This document shows positions 1 to 10,822 of a stretch of 64,000 nt of DNA, piece after piece. The position numbers and the translations under genes are program-made. The notes beneath the pieces are model-generated. The model did no database searches. It saw only the letters and a list, made by a program, of their open reading frames with translations, and was not told where the DNA came from. Source of the DNA: an uncultured Methanomicrobiales archaeon (lineage in GTDB: Archaea > Halobacteriota > Methanomicrobia > Methanomicrobiales > Methanospirillaceae); contig OY969100.1 in assembly GCA_963697895.1 (NCBI GenBank), forward strand, positions 1,632,001-1,696,000, in the 5' to 3' direction. The stretch's first letter is position 1. Each line of letters opens with the position of its first letter.

Positions 1-274
1 ATGCCTCAAGGACCTCCGCGTGATTCAGCACCCATTCAATGCCGCTACGGGTGACATCATACCGGCCCCGTCCATGAGCACTCACCATGCCGTCTTCAAC
101 TAGTTCCCTTACATACTCGGAGACTGCCTGAGGAGTTACTCCCAGTTTCAGAGCGATCTCCTGTTGACGGACAGCCGGCTGGTGTTCGGCGATCTCTACC
201 AGGATCTGGAGACGCGTGGCCTCCCTTTTACTCCGCAAAATAGTGTACAACGGGTCCTCACGCCGATTTGTCAA
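1..274 (-). CDS. Winged-helix (MarR-like) transcriptional regulator, N-terminal part; runs off window edge
   Basis: Manual translation from TTG at 274: MTNRREDPLYTILRSKREATRLQILVEIAEHQPAVRQQEIALKLGVTPQAVSEYVRELVEDG (HTH). Overlaps stop of upstream gene. Confidence 0.75.
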   Translation of the reverse strand, partial: MTNRREDPLYTILRSKREATRLQILVEIAEHQPAVRQQEIALKLGVTPQAVSEYVRELVEDGMVSAHGRGRYDVTRSGIEWVLNHAEVLEA

Positions 275-770
275 GCAGCACCAGTCCCTGCCCCTTTACG
301 TCGAGGTGAGGAATGCGTTTTGCGAGCCCCTTGATGCATATCGGGCTTACATTGAGCTTCCGTGCGATATCGTTGATCGATGTATTGCCTCGCCTGATCT
401 CCTGCTCGATGCCGTCCACCAGCAGGCAGAGGGGTTCATCGTTCGAGATCGCAATATAGAGTAAGTCGGACAAATCTGAAAAGTTGCACTGAAAATTTGC
501 CCGGAATTTGTTGTATGTCGCACGGAATTCCCGGATAGGCTTTTCTCCGGGTTCCGGCATTCTCCATTGTTCCTCTATAAGATTCCCTTTTTTCAGGATG
601 AGGAGACAATTCTCGATACCATCTGCACTCGTGCTCTTTCGAAGCTCATCTTCCGTCATCCATGACTTATTCAACAGGTCATAGATCTGCTTGAACGTCG
701 TATTATTGAAGGTGAGGAGCAGCGGGACGAGCTCCACCGGATCGTTAACGATGCGAATATGGCCTGTCAA
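258..770 (-). CDS. Euryarchaeal ArsR-like HTH protein (COG4860-like)
   Basis: 170 aa; VNDPVELVPLL and LIEEQWRMPEPGEKP motifs; C-terminal HTH. Confidence 0.7.
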   Translation of the reverse strand: MTGHIRIVNDPVELVPLLLTFNNTTFKQIYDLLNKSWMTEDELRKSTSADGIENCLLILKKGNLIEEQWRMPEPGEKPIREFRATYNKFRANFQCNFSDLSDLLYIAISNDEPLCLLVDGIEQEIRRGNTSINDIARKLNVSPICIKGLAKRIPHLDVKGQGLVLLDKSA

Positions 771-827
771 TGGTAAAACCCTATTATTATATGGCGCTGT
801 AAATCAATAAATTTTTGTAGGAAAACA

Positions 828-3051
828 ATGCTGAACCGAGGAAAAATAATCGTAAGGGGTATTGTTCAGGGGGTGGGTTTTCGGCCTTTTGTATATGCGA
901 AGGCTGTTTATCTGGGGATCAATGGTTCGGTGAAAAACCTGGGGAGCGAGGTGGAGATCAGAGCGGAAGGCGAATGTTTCGACCAATTCGTTCAGGAGAT
1001 CTCACGGGGGCCCCCGCTCTCCGTGATAGATCAGGTGCTGGTCAGCCCCCTCCATGAGAGTCTCCCCGAAGGTTTTGTTATTCTTCCCAGCGGCCCCGGT
1101 ACCCTTTCAGGTATGATCCCCCCGGATATCGCAACCTGTGATGCCTGTATCATGGACATCATGCAGCATGACGGCCGGTACGAAAAATATTGGGCAACGT
1201 CGTGTGTGAACTGCGGGCCACGGTACAGCATCATACAGCGTCTTCCCTATGACCGGGAACGGACATCAATGGGTTCTTTTCCGATGTGTCCGGCTTGTTC
1301 TGTTGAATTCGGGGATCCAAGCAGCAGGAGACATCATGCGCAGACGATAGCATGCAGTGACTGCGGACCACGTCTCAGGCTTATAGATGCTGAGGGGAAT
1401 ACAGTTGAAAGTCATGATCCGATCAGGGAAACCGCACGCCTTCTCGACACCGGATTTATCATTGCAATCCGGGGAATTGGGGGTTTCCACATTGCATGCA
1501 TCGAAGATCGTGCCGGTGAGTTGAAAAGCCGCCTGGGGAGATCGGAGCAGCCCTTTGCGGTGATGGTCCGTCCTGAACTGGTTGAAGAGATCGCATGTGT
1601 CTCCCCGGAAGAATGGCGGACATTGTTGAGCCCCGAACGCCCTATTGTAGTGGTTTGCAAACGGGATATCGCGGCACACGGGGATGTCAGCAACCTGCAT
1701 ACGATCGGATGCATGCTCCCATACACCGGTCTCCATCACCTGCTCTTCTCCGCGCTCAGTCACCCGCTCCTCGTTATGACGAGCGCGAATATACCGGGAT
1801 ATCCAATGATAACGGATATCGATCATGCAATGGCGAAGTTGCATAGGAATGTAGACTTTTTCCTTACAAATGACCGGACGATTGTAAACCGGTGTGACGA
1901 TTCGGTTGTCCGCGATGGATATATCATCCGGCTTTCCCGTGGCTTTGCGCCGAAAAGAAAGGCAATATCGCTTGGCAATGCGTGCATCCTCGGGGTAGGT
2001 CCGGAACTGAATGCAAATGTCACGATCTACAAGGATGGGTTCTGTATCACCTCCCCCCATGTCGGTAATGTCCGCAACCCGCAGACTTTTGGTTATCTTA
2101 AAGAAACGGTCGAAAAGATCGGCGAACTCATCGCCGCACATTACGACGTTATTGCGCACGATCTCCATCCGCAATTTCTTTCGACCCGGTATGCAGCCGC
2201 TCTTGCAGAAGAAACTGGGGCTGTTCTGGTCCCCGTCCAACACCACAGGGCCCACATAGCGGCAACGACACAGAATCCGTGTATAGGAATTGCGATTGAC
2301 GGGGTCGGTTATGGAGATGACGGAACCATCTGGGGCGGTGAAGTCTTTGCCGGTGAGCAGTACGAGCGTGTCGGACATCTTGAGGTGGTTCCCATGCCCG
2401 GAGGCGACCTCGCGACACGGTTCCCGGAACGGATGCTCTACGGAATCCTCCCGCGCCCTTATATTCTCGATATTCTTGCCGAACGGGGCTGGACCGGGGT
2501 TGAGATCGGGGTGCTCGAGAAACAACTTGCCAGGGAGTTTAATATTGCACGAACCAGCAGCACCGGCCGTGTTCTCGATGCCGCCTCTGCACTCCTGGGT
2601 ATCTGTCGTGAGCGCACATATGACGGAGAACCGGCAATGAAACTGGAATCAGTGGCAGACTCTCGGGAGGCCTGATAACTGGGAACTGGAATTCCAACGA
2701 GACGGAAGAGCAGAAGTATTCTCGACCCGGGCACTCCTTGCCATAGCATGTGAACAGTTTCGGCGCCTTCCTCCAGGGGATATTTCCGGGATCCGGGATA
2801 TCGCCGCATCCTTCCAGTACAATCTTGCCCGCGGGATTGCGGGGCTCGCGATCCATGCCGCAGGTGAACAGGGCATTCGGGAGATCGCCATCAGCGGGGG
2901 TGTTGCCTATAACTGGATGATCCGGGAGACAATAGTCGATGAGATCCAGAAGAACGGATATGTCCCGGTCATGAATACGGAATATCCGCTCGGTGACGGC
3001 TGCATATCTTTCGGTCAGTGTATATTCGCATCAATGCAAAAGGATTCCTGA
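828..3051 (+). CDS. hypF: Carbamoyltransferase HypF (one frameshift near 2665)
   Basis: GIVQGVGFRPFVY acylphosphatase domain, CxxC zinc fingers, HDLHP, QHHRAH. After the stop at 2675 the +1 frame continues SGGVAYN...PLGDGCISFGQ to TGA 3051. Confidence 0.93.
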
Positions 3052-3067
3052 GGAAAAAGGTAGTTAA

Positions 3068-4546
3068 TTACCTGGCGATCGGGAGGAGGGGGCAGGGGGT
3101 AACCTGTACCTTCGGCAGGCCGCGATCCCCGGCGAGCCGTTCCCACGACTGCTGGTTGTTCACACACCCGGGGTCGGGGGCATCGAGATCCCTGTAATAT
3201 GCCCATGCCCGCGCCCGGCATCCTCCGCAGATGTATTTGTTATTGCAGGTACCGCATTCGGCCTTGAGCCTTCCCCGGTCTCTGAGTTGCAATAACACCG
3301 GTGCATTCTGCCATATATCAAGGAATGATTTCTGCCGGATGTTCCCCACGGGGATAGGGATGAACACGCAGGGTTGTACATCTCCCGCGGGTTCGATGCT
3401 GCAGTACAGCCGGCCCGCACCACAACCCCCGATAAAATCCGCAAGCATACGTGTTTTTCCTTTCATGCCCTCCCCGGCATGGAAATGGCCTATCGGGATG
3501 TCTCCCCGCTCCGAATCCTCGACCGCCACGCGGGCAAGCTGCGGTGCGGTCGAGAGAGCAACGGGGTATGTACCGGATTTATCTTTATCAAGAATAAATT
3601 TGAGGAGATCGTCGCGCTGACGAGGAGTAATATCCTTCTCTGACATTTCAACCCCTCTTCCGGTAGGGATGAAATTGAAACACATCCATCTCTTTATCCT
3701 AAGATCCTGTGCAAGGGCGTACATATCCGGGATCTGATGATAATTATCCCGGGTTATGGTGGTCGCCATACAGGTATAGATCCCGGCATCCACGCAATTG
3801 CAGATCCCTGCCACGCTCCGGTCGAATGCCCCGGGAATTCCTCTCATCCCGTCATGTGCTGCCGCATCCTTGCCGTCAATGGATATCTCGACATAGTCGA
3901 CTCCTGCCTCACGGATCCGGGTTGCCATTTCCGGGGTGATGAGCGTCCCGTTACTGGCCAGGGAGACGTACATACCACGTTTCTTCGCATGGGAAGTCAC
4001 TTCAAAGAGGTCTTTTCGCATGAGAGGCTCACCCCCGGAGAACGCGATCACCGCAACACCTGCACGTGCCAGCTCTTCTATCAGTTGCTTCGATTCTTCC
4101 GTGGTCAGCTCGTCCGGGAGGGCCTTCTGGGCATCCTGGTAGCAATGTTTGCATTTGAGGTTGCACATATGGGTGAAATCCCAGACGACCAGGAACGGGG
4201 CATTTATGATCTGGGGGCGGCTGACACCGTAGCGGGAAATCCCCCGCAACACATTCGACAGACCTCTCCGGAAGGCCGGTTCCATCAAACCTGTACGGAT
4301 TGCCGGCTCATCCAGCCCGAACATGTCCCCTGCCCGGTTAATCGTGAACCCGACAATCCCGCTCGCCATCCTGCATTTCCAGCATAGGTCCTTATCGATA
4401 CCCACATAACGATCCAGGGCATTATCCAGACGATTCCCGCAGGAGTCTTCCCCGGCAACCAATTTCAGGAGTGTGCGTGTCACAGGATTCCCCAGCCACC
4501 TTTCCACGGCAACGATCGCCGGTGTCAACGTATCGTCATCTGACAA
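3068..4546 (-). CDS. Radical SAM/SPASM-domain protein with N-terminal extension
   Basis: CNLKCKHC, FSGGEP, GCGAG...GDVQPC, CGTC...CGGCRARA...DPGC; SD GGAGGTG upstream of TTG. Confidence 0.9.
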   Translation of the reverse strand: MSDDDTLTPAIVAVERWLGNPVTRTLLKLVAGEDSCGNRLDNALDRYVGIDKDLCWKCRMASGIVGFTINRAGDMFGLDEPAIRTGLMEPAFRRGLSNVLRGISRYGVSRPQIINAPFLVVWDFTHMCNLKCKHCYQDAQKALPDELTTEESKQLIEELARAGVAVIAFSGGEPLMRKDLFEVTSHAKKRGMYVSLASNGTLITPEMATRIREAGVDYVEISIDGKDAAAHDGMRGIPGAFDRSVAGICNCVDAGIYTCMATTITRDNYHQIPDMYALAQDLRIKRWMCFNFIPTGRGVEMSEKDITPRQRDDLLKFILDKDKSGTYPVALSTAPQLARVAVEDSERGDIPIGHFHAGEGMKGKTRMLADFIGGCGAGRLYCSIEPAGDVQPCVFIPIPVGNIRQKSFLDIWQNAPVLLQLRDRGRLKAECGTCNNKYICGGCRARAWAYYRDLDAPDPGCVNNQQSWERLAGDRGLPKVQVTPCPLLPIAR

Positions 4547-4729
4547 AACAGACCACCTCCATCCATTCAGTTCACTCTGTTAAGCTCGCTCTTTCATCTT
4601 ATAGTTTATGGAGAAATGTACATTGGAACTGATTTCGCAGAAGAAACCCGCCGAACAGTCAATATTACAGGAAGTATCTTTGAAGGTTCAATCATGAGTT
4701 ATTATCAGGCATACCGATAGACTCATGCT

Positions 4730-5095
4730 ATGGCACGGGAGCTGACGCCAAAGGACATAGGCCTGTTACGGAAACTCGCACCCGAATGTTCAGCCCTGGT
4801 CTGCTCTGGTTCAGGGTCACCCTATCGTTCCATTCTCCCCCCGGTTGCAAATCACTATTCTCGTGATGCGGAAGATTTTCGCGAACGACTGGAACAATTG
4901 TCTCCGGAGGAGACCGGATACCTGATATCGCTCGTTCTCAATGGTGCCGAAAGCCTCGGTTGTGTGCATCCTGATTATGTGAAGATCTTTGTGGAGATCG
5001 TTGCAGAACGGGTCGGATATGAAGTGGCACTCTCAGTAATCGCCGTCTATGAAAAGAACCTCTCCTGTGATTCGGAGGGGCGTGTTCCGGAATGA
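4730..5095 (+). CDS. Hypothetical protein
   Basis: 121-aa ORF with ATG filling the gap between radical SAM gene and lysS; protein-like composition. Confidence 0.7.
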   Translation: MARELTPKDIGLLRKLAPECSALVCSGSGSPYRSILPPVANHYSRDAEDFRERLEQLSPEETGYLISLVLNGAESLGCVHPDYVKIFVEIVAERVGYEVALSVIAVYEKNLSCDSEGRVPE

Positions 5096-5247
5096 CGACC
5101 CGGGAAGCCGGACAGCCTTAAAAAAGGCTCTCTCCTATGGCCCAATAATCAACCAAGGATTTTGGGATACGGAAAACTCAATCTAGAATGGAAGAAAGAA
5201 GGATTTCGAAATAAAGGGGGGGTTAATTTTTGGGTTTTTTAATATTT

Positions 5248-6787
5248 CTAAGCATGCGTTACGTCCTTTTGAGAGCTTTCTGTTTCTTTGGAACATGAGG
5301 CATCGGGGGACGACTTCATCTGGGGAAAGAGGATCACCTCTTTTATGGAATCCTGATCTGTCAGGAGCATGATCAACCGGTCGATCCCGAGGCCCACCCC
5401 TCCGGTCGGAGGCATGCCGTAGCCAAGTGCATTGATGAAATCATAATCGATCATCTGCGCTTCGATATCCCCACACCTGCGCTTTGTATCCTGTTCCTCG
5501 AGACGTGAGAGCTGGTCGAGCGGATCATTCAGCTCTGAAAACCCGTTCGCAATTTCCATTCCCTGCACAAACAATTCAAATCGCTCCGTGAATCCTTCCT
5601 TCGTCCGGTGTTTCTTTGCGAGAGGCGAATTTTCTATCGGGAAATCATAGATGAATACCGGCTGGACGAGCCGGTCCTCTACCAGCGCCTCGAAGAGCAG
5701 GACCAACAATTCACGCCGGTTTTTTGCTTTATCCCAGTCAGCTGCACCCCCTTTTCTTGCAATATCCCGGAGTTCGTCAACCGGCAGTCTGCCATATGTC
5801 GATTCCCGCATATTCTTTTACCGCATCCTCCATGGACAGTTTCTGCCAGGGTGGTTCGAAATTGAGCATGGTCTTACCAAAGGGGATAGAGTACGTTTGA
5901 TGGACCGAGTAAACCAGATGCGATATGATTCCCTCTGTAAGTGCCATCATGTCTTCATAATCACGATATGCCTCATAAATCTCCACCATCGAAAATTCCG
6001 GGTTGTGATGGGTATCGATATCCTCATTCCGGAAATTCCTTGCAATTTCATAAACCTTTTCGAATCCGCCGACAATGAGACGCTTCAGATAGAGTTCGGG
6101 TGCGATTCGCAGATAAAGCGTCTGCTCGAGAAAGTTATGATAGGTGGTGAAGGGTCGTGCATTCGCCCCACCATACACCGGCTGGAGTATCGGCGTCTCA
6201 AACTCCAGAAAGCCGCTTTCGCTGAGATACTTCCTTATCAGGGAGATCACCCGGCTTCTTGTCCGGAATGTCTCCCGGCTCTCCTCATTGACAATCAGGT
6301 CCACGTACCGTTGACGGTACCGTTTCTCGATATCCTTCAGCCCGTGGAACTTTTCGGGCAGAGGGCAGAGACTCTTCATCAGGAGGGTGATTCCATCCAC
6401 CCAGATAGTTAATTCCCCGAGCTTTGTCCGGAAGACATGCCCTGAAACGCCGATTATATCTCCACGCTCTATAAATTGAATGAAACGGTCAAACGCTTCA
6501 TCACCAATGTCATTTTTCCTGATGTAAAGCTGGATTTTTCCTTCTTCATCGCCGAAGTCAGCAAAGACCGTCTTCCCATGGTTCCGGACGGTATAAATCC
6601 GGCCTGCAGTGACCACCCGTTCTTCACTCTTCTCGTGACCGGCCCCGGTGAATCGGGACCGGATATCTGCTGTAGTATCTTTCCGATCGAATTTTGGCGG
6701 GTACAGAGGGATTCTCTCTTCCCGCAGCTTATCGATCTTTTCCAGCCGTGCCATGTCAAAATTGAGTCGATCGTGTGGCAGCTCCAT
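5248..6787 (-). CDS. lysS: Lysine--tRNA ligase, class II (one frameshift near 5790)
   Basis: OB fold, [35 protein letters not shown] in 5777-6787; [30 protein letters not shown] in 5248-5811. Confidence 0.95.
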
Positions 6788-7031
6788 GGTGCAATTCCCT
6801 TACCTACAAAGACTAACCGTGCATTTGAACCGGATCCGATTATTCCCCAAATATTATGGACCGAATGTATTCCGGCAACGTCTAACCCTGTTCAGACATA
6901 TCTTGTGATGAGATGGGCTGGATCAGACCATAATAATACCGTGTACATACACTTAATAGTTTATGGGGGCCTGAATGCGAATTTAATCCTTTGCCTGGAT
7001 ATGATTATCCGTTTCCCGCATATCGGCCGAT

Positions 7032-7403
7032 TTATCCGGTGAAGGGTCCCGGGGGTTCCCCGGACATCTTCCGCTTTATCTCGTCCAGCGCTTCCATGAT
7101 GATGGTTTTTACCGTATCCATCTCATACATCAGGGCTCTCCTGAGTGGGACGAGCGCTCGCGGGTCTCCGATAAAGCCCAGAGCCCAGGCCGCTTTCTGT
7201 CTCACCCGCCAGTCCTCATCAGATTCCAAGGCCCTGATAAGAGGTTCCACGGCACGAGGATCCCCGAGTCGGGCGAGCGATTCGGCAGCCTTCCAGCGCC
7301 TCCCAACATTTTCGTCCGTAAGCATGCCGAGGAAATACCTCAGCCGTTGTTCATTTTCCTCAGTATCCTCTGTAGATCCTCTCGAAGGTTCTTCTCCGAT
7401 CAT
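7032..7403 (-). CDS. HEAT/PBS-lyase repeat protein
   Basis: Repeats AAESLARLGDPRAVEPLIRAL and VRQKAAWALGFIGDPRALVPL. Confidence 0.85.
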   Translation of the reverse strand: MIGEEPSRGSTEDTEENEQRLRYFLGMLTDENVGRRWKAAESLARLGDPRAVEPLIRALESDEDWRVRQKAAWALGFIGDPRALVPLRRALMYEMDTVKTIIMEALDEIKRKMSGEPPGPFTG

Positions 7404-7610
7404 TTTCCAATATCACCTTAATATCTGAAGGATTCCCTGGACCGGATCATATCAGCTCGTACTTCTGATCGAGGCCATTTTTTGAAAGTAACCATTTAAT
7501 CCGCTTCGGATTGATGCATCTGCCTTTGCAGCTGGTAGTCCAATATATTCATACACCATATTGAAATACTTTCGAACGGTTTATTTGCACAGTATCATCG
7601 GGATGACTCC

Positions 7611-8192
7611 ATGCCGACGGAGATCGAAGCGCTCTATAAACTCCATGATGGAAAATATGTCGTGGAGCTCATACTGACTGACGTCCGTCAGCTCTTTAAC
7701 AGCCTCGATCCTTCGCCCTTCCGTGAGAAGGAACTGGATCGAAATGCAGAAGAATATATTTTCAATGCAGTCGGGGACATTCCTATCAGCAAACCAGTCG
7801 AACTGATGATCTACCTCCCCGCATCACGAATCACGCCGGAGATCTCCGAGGCGATCAAGTCCGGAATCCGTTATCATTTCCATTACCTGTCAGCGTATGA
7901 GGAGACCGAATTACGCCGCCTCAACCGCCGCGGGAGACGTTTCCTCTTCCTGGGAGTCGTGATCCTGTTCGGCGGGGTATTGACCAGTCAGGTGATCAGC
8001 TTATTCAGCCAGAATCTCCTCGCACGAGCCCTTCAGGATATTCTTTTGATCATCAGCTGGGTGACAATCTGGGAGCCTATTCACATATTTCTCTATGATC
8101 GCTCCCCGATAAACCAGAAAATTCAGATATATGACAAAATCTCGCGGATGGACGTTTTCGTCGGCCCGATTAAGGATGCACAACCGGTATAA
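7611..8192 (+). CDS. Conserved hypothetical membrane protein
   Basis: QLFNSLDPSPFREKELD motif; two C-terminal TM segments. Confidence 0.75.
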   Translation: MPTEIEALYKLHDGKYVVELILTDVRQLFNSLDPSPFREKELDRNAEEYIFNAVGDIPISKPVELMIYLPASRITPEISEAIKSGIRYHFHYLSAYEETELRRLNRRGRRFLFLGVVILFGGVLTSQVISLFSQNLLARALQDILLIISWVTIWEPIHIFLYDRSPINQKIQIYDKISRMDVFVGPIKDAQPV

Positions 8193-8235
8193 TCCCGGGC
8201 GATTCCTTAAGTTCTCGGATCACCCAGTATCCATT

Positions 8236-8802
8236 ATGAATCGAGTGCTGCTACTCAGTGGAAGCCCCCGGCCGGATGGAAATGCAGCCCAGATATGCCG
8301 GGAATGCGCAAAAGTTATTGAAAACTGCGGTGTTTCAGCCGAAGTCATCACCCTTTCCGGGAAAAAAATCGAATCCTGCACTGCCTGTTATAAATGTGGA
8401 ACACAGGGACTCTGTGTGCTGGACGACGGAGTGAATGAGATCATCGAAAAAATCCGGTCAGCGGACGGATTCGTGGTTGCAGCCCCGGTTTATTTTGGGA
8501 CAGCGAGGGGTGATGTCATGGCCGCCCTCCAGCGGATCGGCATGGTTTCAATGGCAACGGACAATTTCCTTTCCTGGAAAGTAGGGGGTCCCATCGCTGT
8601 TGCGCGGAGGGGCGGTCATACGGCAACCATCCAGGAGATGCTTATGTTCTTCCTGATCAATGAGATGATCGTACCGGGGTCCAATTATTGGAATATGGTC
8701 TTTGGCAGAGATCCGGGGGATGTATGGAACGATACAGAAGGTATAGCAACAATTCGTCTCTTTGCCCAGAATGTGGCGGAACTGGTAAAAAAGTTAAATT
8801 GA
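8236..8802 (+). CDS. Iron-sulfur flavoprotein (Isf/flavodoxin family)
   Basis: SGSPR..GN, CTACYKC-x5-C, APVYFG, ARRGG. Confidence 0.9.
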   Translation: MNRVLLLSGSPRPDGNAAQICRECAKVIENCGVSAEVITLSGKKIESCTACYKCGTQGLCVLDDGVNEIIEKIRSADGFVVAAPVYFGTARGDVMAALQRIGMVSMATDNFLSWKVGGPIAVARRGGHTATIQEMLMFFLINEMIVPGSNYWNMVFGRDPGDVWNDTEGIATIRLFAQNVAELVKKLN

Positions 8803-8903
8803 GGGAAAGGACGCTCCCTGTACTGCATCCACCCGCGTCGATCTTATGTTAAGGAAGCGGATTGGATAGGCACCACTCAGTCAAGCATCAGGAATGATCG
8901 GAT

Positions 8904-9890
8904 TTGTCAGGGAATATCATTGAGGTCAGAAACCTGTATCATATATACGGGGACTTCATTGCTGTGAACGATATCAGTTTCACTGTCGCAGAAGGAGAGA
9001 TTTTTTCATTCCTCGGACCGAATGGCGCCGGAAAAAGCACAGCAATTAATGTTCTGACGACTCTGCTTAAGATCCAGAAAGGGGAGGCCATCGTCGCCGG
9101 TTATGATGTTTCCCGGCAGCCGGAACGAGTGAGGGAATCCATAGGGATTGTCTTTCAGGAGACCACGCTCGACCGTGACATGACCGTCTGGGAGATACTC
9201 GAGTTCCACGGCCGGCTCTACCGGATGCCGCGGGACTCCCGGATAGTACGAATCGCCGAACTGCTCGCCTTGGTGGAACTGGAGGGAAAACATGACATAC
9301 GGGTGAAATATCTCTCCGGCGGGATGAAGCGGCGCCTTGAGATCGCCCGAGGTCTTATGACGCGGCCAAAGGTTCTGTTTCTCGATGAACCGACAATCGG
9401 GCTTGACCCCCAGACCCGTATGCGAATGTGGGATTATATCAAAGCGGTGAACAATGAGGGAACAACGATATTCCTTACAACCCATTACATGGACGAGGCA
9501 GACCAGCTGAGCGATCGCATCAGCATTATCGATCACGGAAGGATAGTGGTCACCGGTAGATCATGGGAACTAAAAAATACCCTCGGTGAAGACCTCATTT
9601 ATCTGGAAACGAGCAATAATGATGCAAGCGATCGGATCCTCCGGGAGATCGAAAGCGTGAAGGACGTAACCCGGAAATCAAAGGGTCTCTCGGTCACGGT
9701 CAGTGAAGACGGAACCCGGGTTTTGCCAGGAATCATTGAACGCCTTCGTACCGAAGGCGTAACAATATCCACGGTAAACCTGAAGAAGCCCTCCATGGAT
9801 GATGTCTTTGTCAGGTACACCGGCAGAGACCTGAGAGATGATGGGCAAGAGCGAGCTGGCGCATCGATCACCCGGGCGGGGGCAAGATAG
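8904..9890 (+). CDS. ABC transporter ATP-binding protein (DrrA-like)
   Basis: GPNGAGKS, LSGGMKRRLEIARG, FLDEPTIGLDPQ. Confidence 0.93.
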   Translation: MSGNIIEVRNLYHIYGDFIAVNDISFTVAEGEIFSFLGPNGAGKSTAINVLTTLLKIQKGEAIVAGYDVSRQPERVRESIGIVFQETTLDRDMTVWEILEFHGRLYRMPRDSRIVRIAELLALVELEGKHDIRVKYLSGGMKRRLEIARGLMTRPKVLFLDEPTIGLDPQTRMRMWDYIKAVNNEGTTIFLTTHYMDEADQLSDRISIIDHGRIVVTGRSWELKNTLGEDLIYLETSNNDASDRILREIESVKDVTRKSKGLSVTVSEDGTRVLPGIIERLRTEGVTISTVNLKKPSMDDVFVRYTGRDLRDDGQERAGASITRAGAR

Positions 9891-9891
9891 C

Positions 9892-10728
9892 ATGGATTAC
9901 GGATTTACGACTATATACTGGAGGGATATGATTCGGTTTGTACGGTTCAAGTCCCTCCTGGTCTCCTCTCTGGTCCAGCCGGCGCTCTGGATGGCCTTCT
10001 TCGGGATTGCAATGGCAGCGAATTTTGATCGGCTGACGGCCGGGATTCCCCCGATACCCGGGGTTCCGAATGTCAGTTACCTGACATTCATGGCTGCGGG
10101 CGTCATCGCAATGACGACTCTTTTCACCAGTCTTTTTGGCGGGATAGTACTCCTCTTTGATAAAAACTGGGGCCTGATGAGGGAGATCATGGCGAGCCCT
10201 CTTCCCCGGGAGCATATCATCTTCGGGATCGCCCTTTCTGGTATGACGAAATCGTTTATTCAGGCGATCATCATCATGATATTCGGAATAATCCTCGGTG
10301 CCCAGTTCTTCCAGGGGTTTTCACCCATGCAGACCATTGCCGGAATACTGGGTATACTTCTTTTTGTCGGCATTTTTTCATTGGGTTTCCTCTTCCTCTC
10401 GGCTGCGATCTCTATCACGCTCGATAGCCCGGAAGGGTTACAGGGCATCATCACTCTTCTCACTATGCCCATCTTTTTTGCGAGCAATGCGCTCTATCCC
10501 ATTACTGCATTCCCTCCGGTGCTTCAGGCTATCGCGGTGATAAATCCTTTGACCCATCTGGTCAACGGGATACGATATTTTGCCATCGGGGATAACTTCA
10601 CATCGATTGGTATTCATTACATCGCCACACCCGGCCAGGTTTTCGTAAATTTCCTCGTACTGGTAGTATTCGCAGCATTGATGTTCTCACTGGCCTTATG
10701 GCGGTTTAAAAAAGCAGTGGTCACCTGA
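9892..10728 (+). CDS. ABC-2 type permease (DrrB-like)
   Basis: Multi-TM; LVQPALW, FFASNALYP, NPLTH; adjacent to ATPase. Confidence 0.9.
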   Translation: MDYGFTTIYWRDMIRFVRFKSLLVSSLVQPALWMAFFGIAMAANFDRLTAGIPPIPGVPNVSYLTFMAAGVIAMTTLFTSLFGGIVLLFDKNWGLMREIMASPLPREHIIFGIALSGMTKSFIQAIIIMIFGIILGAQFFQGFSPMQTIAGILGILLFVGIFSLGFLFLSAAISITLDSPEGLQGIITLLTMPIFFASNALYPITAFPPVLQAIAVINPLTHLVNGIRYFAIGDNFTSIGIHYIATPGQVFVNFLVLVVFAALMFSLALWRFKKAVVT

Positions 10729-10822
10729 CCAAGGTATGGAATTTACGCAGCCGCATCCTTGGGTTATCTGTCCGGTTTAATAATAAAATAGCCATTCAAT
10801 TCAGACAGGTATCTACTCTCCG

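Noticed and set aside
1266-2525. Long antisense ORFs (419 aa opposite hypF; also 23926-24804, 38682-39578, 5651-6412, 20173-20907)
   Set aside because: Shadow frames of well-supported genes with no recognisable motifs
2673-2678. Selenocysteine or stop read-through at the hypF TGA
   Set aside because: TGA is followed by TAA in frame, and homology continues in a different frame
5777-5811. Programmed frameshift or split lysS
   Set aside because: No slippery run or stimulatory structure; one of many scattered indels, so assembly error is more parsimonious
6905-6974. Possible box C/D sRNA (GTGATGA, 12 nt, CAGA ... CTGA) on the plus strand
   Set aside because: No convincing C' box, no target recognised, and it overlaps the lysS promoter on the opposite strand
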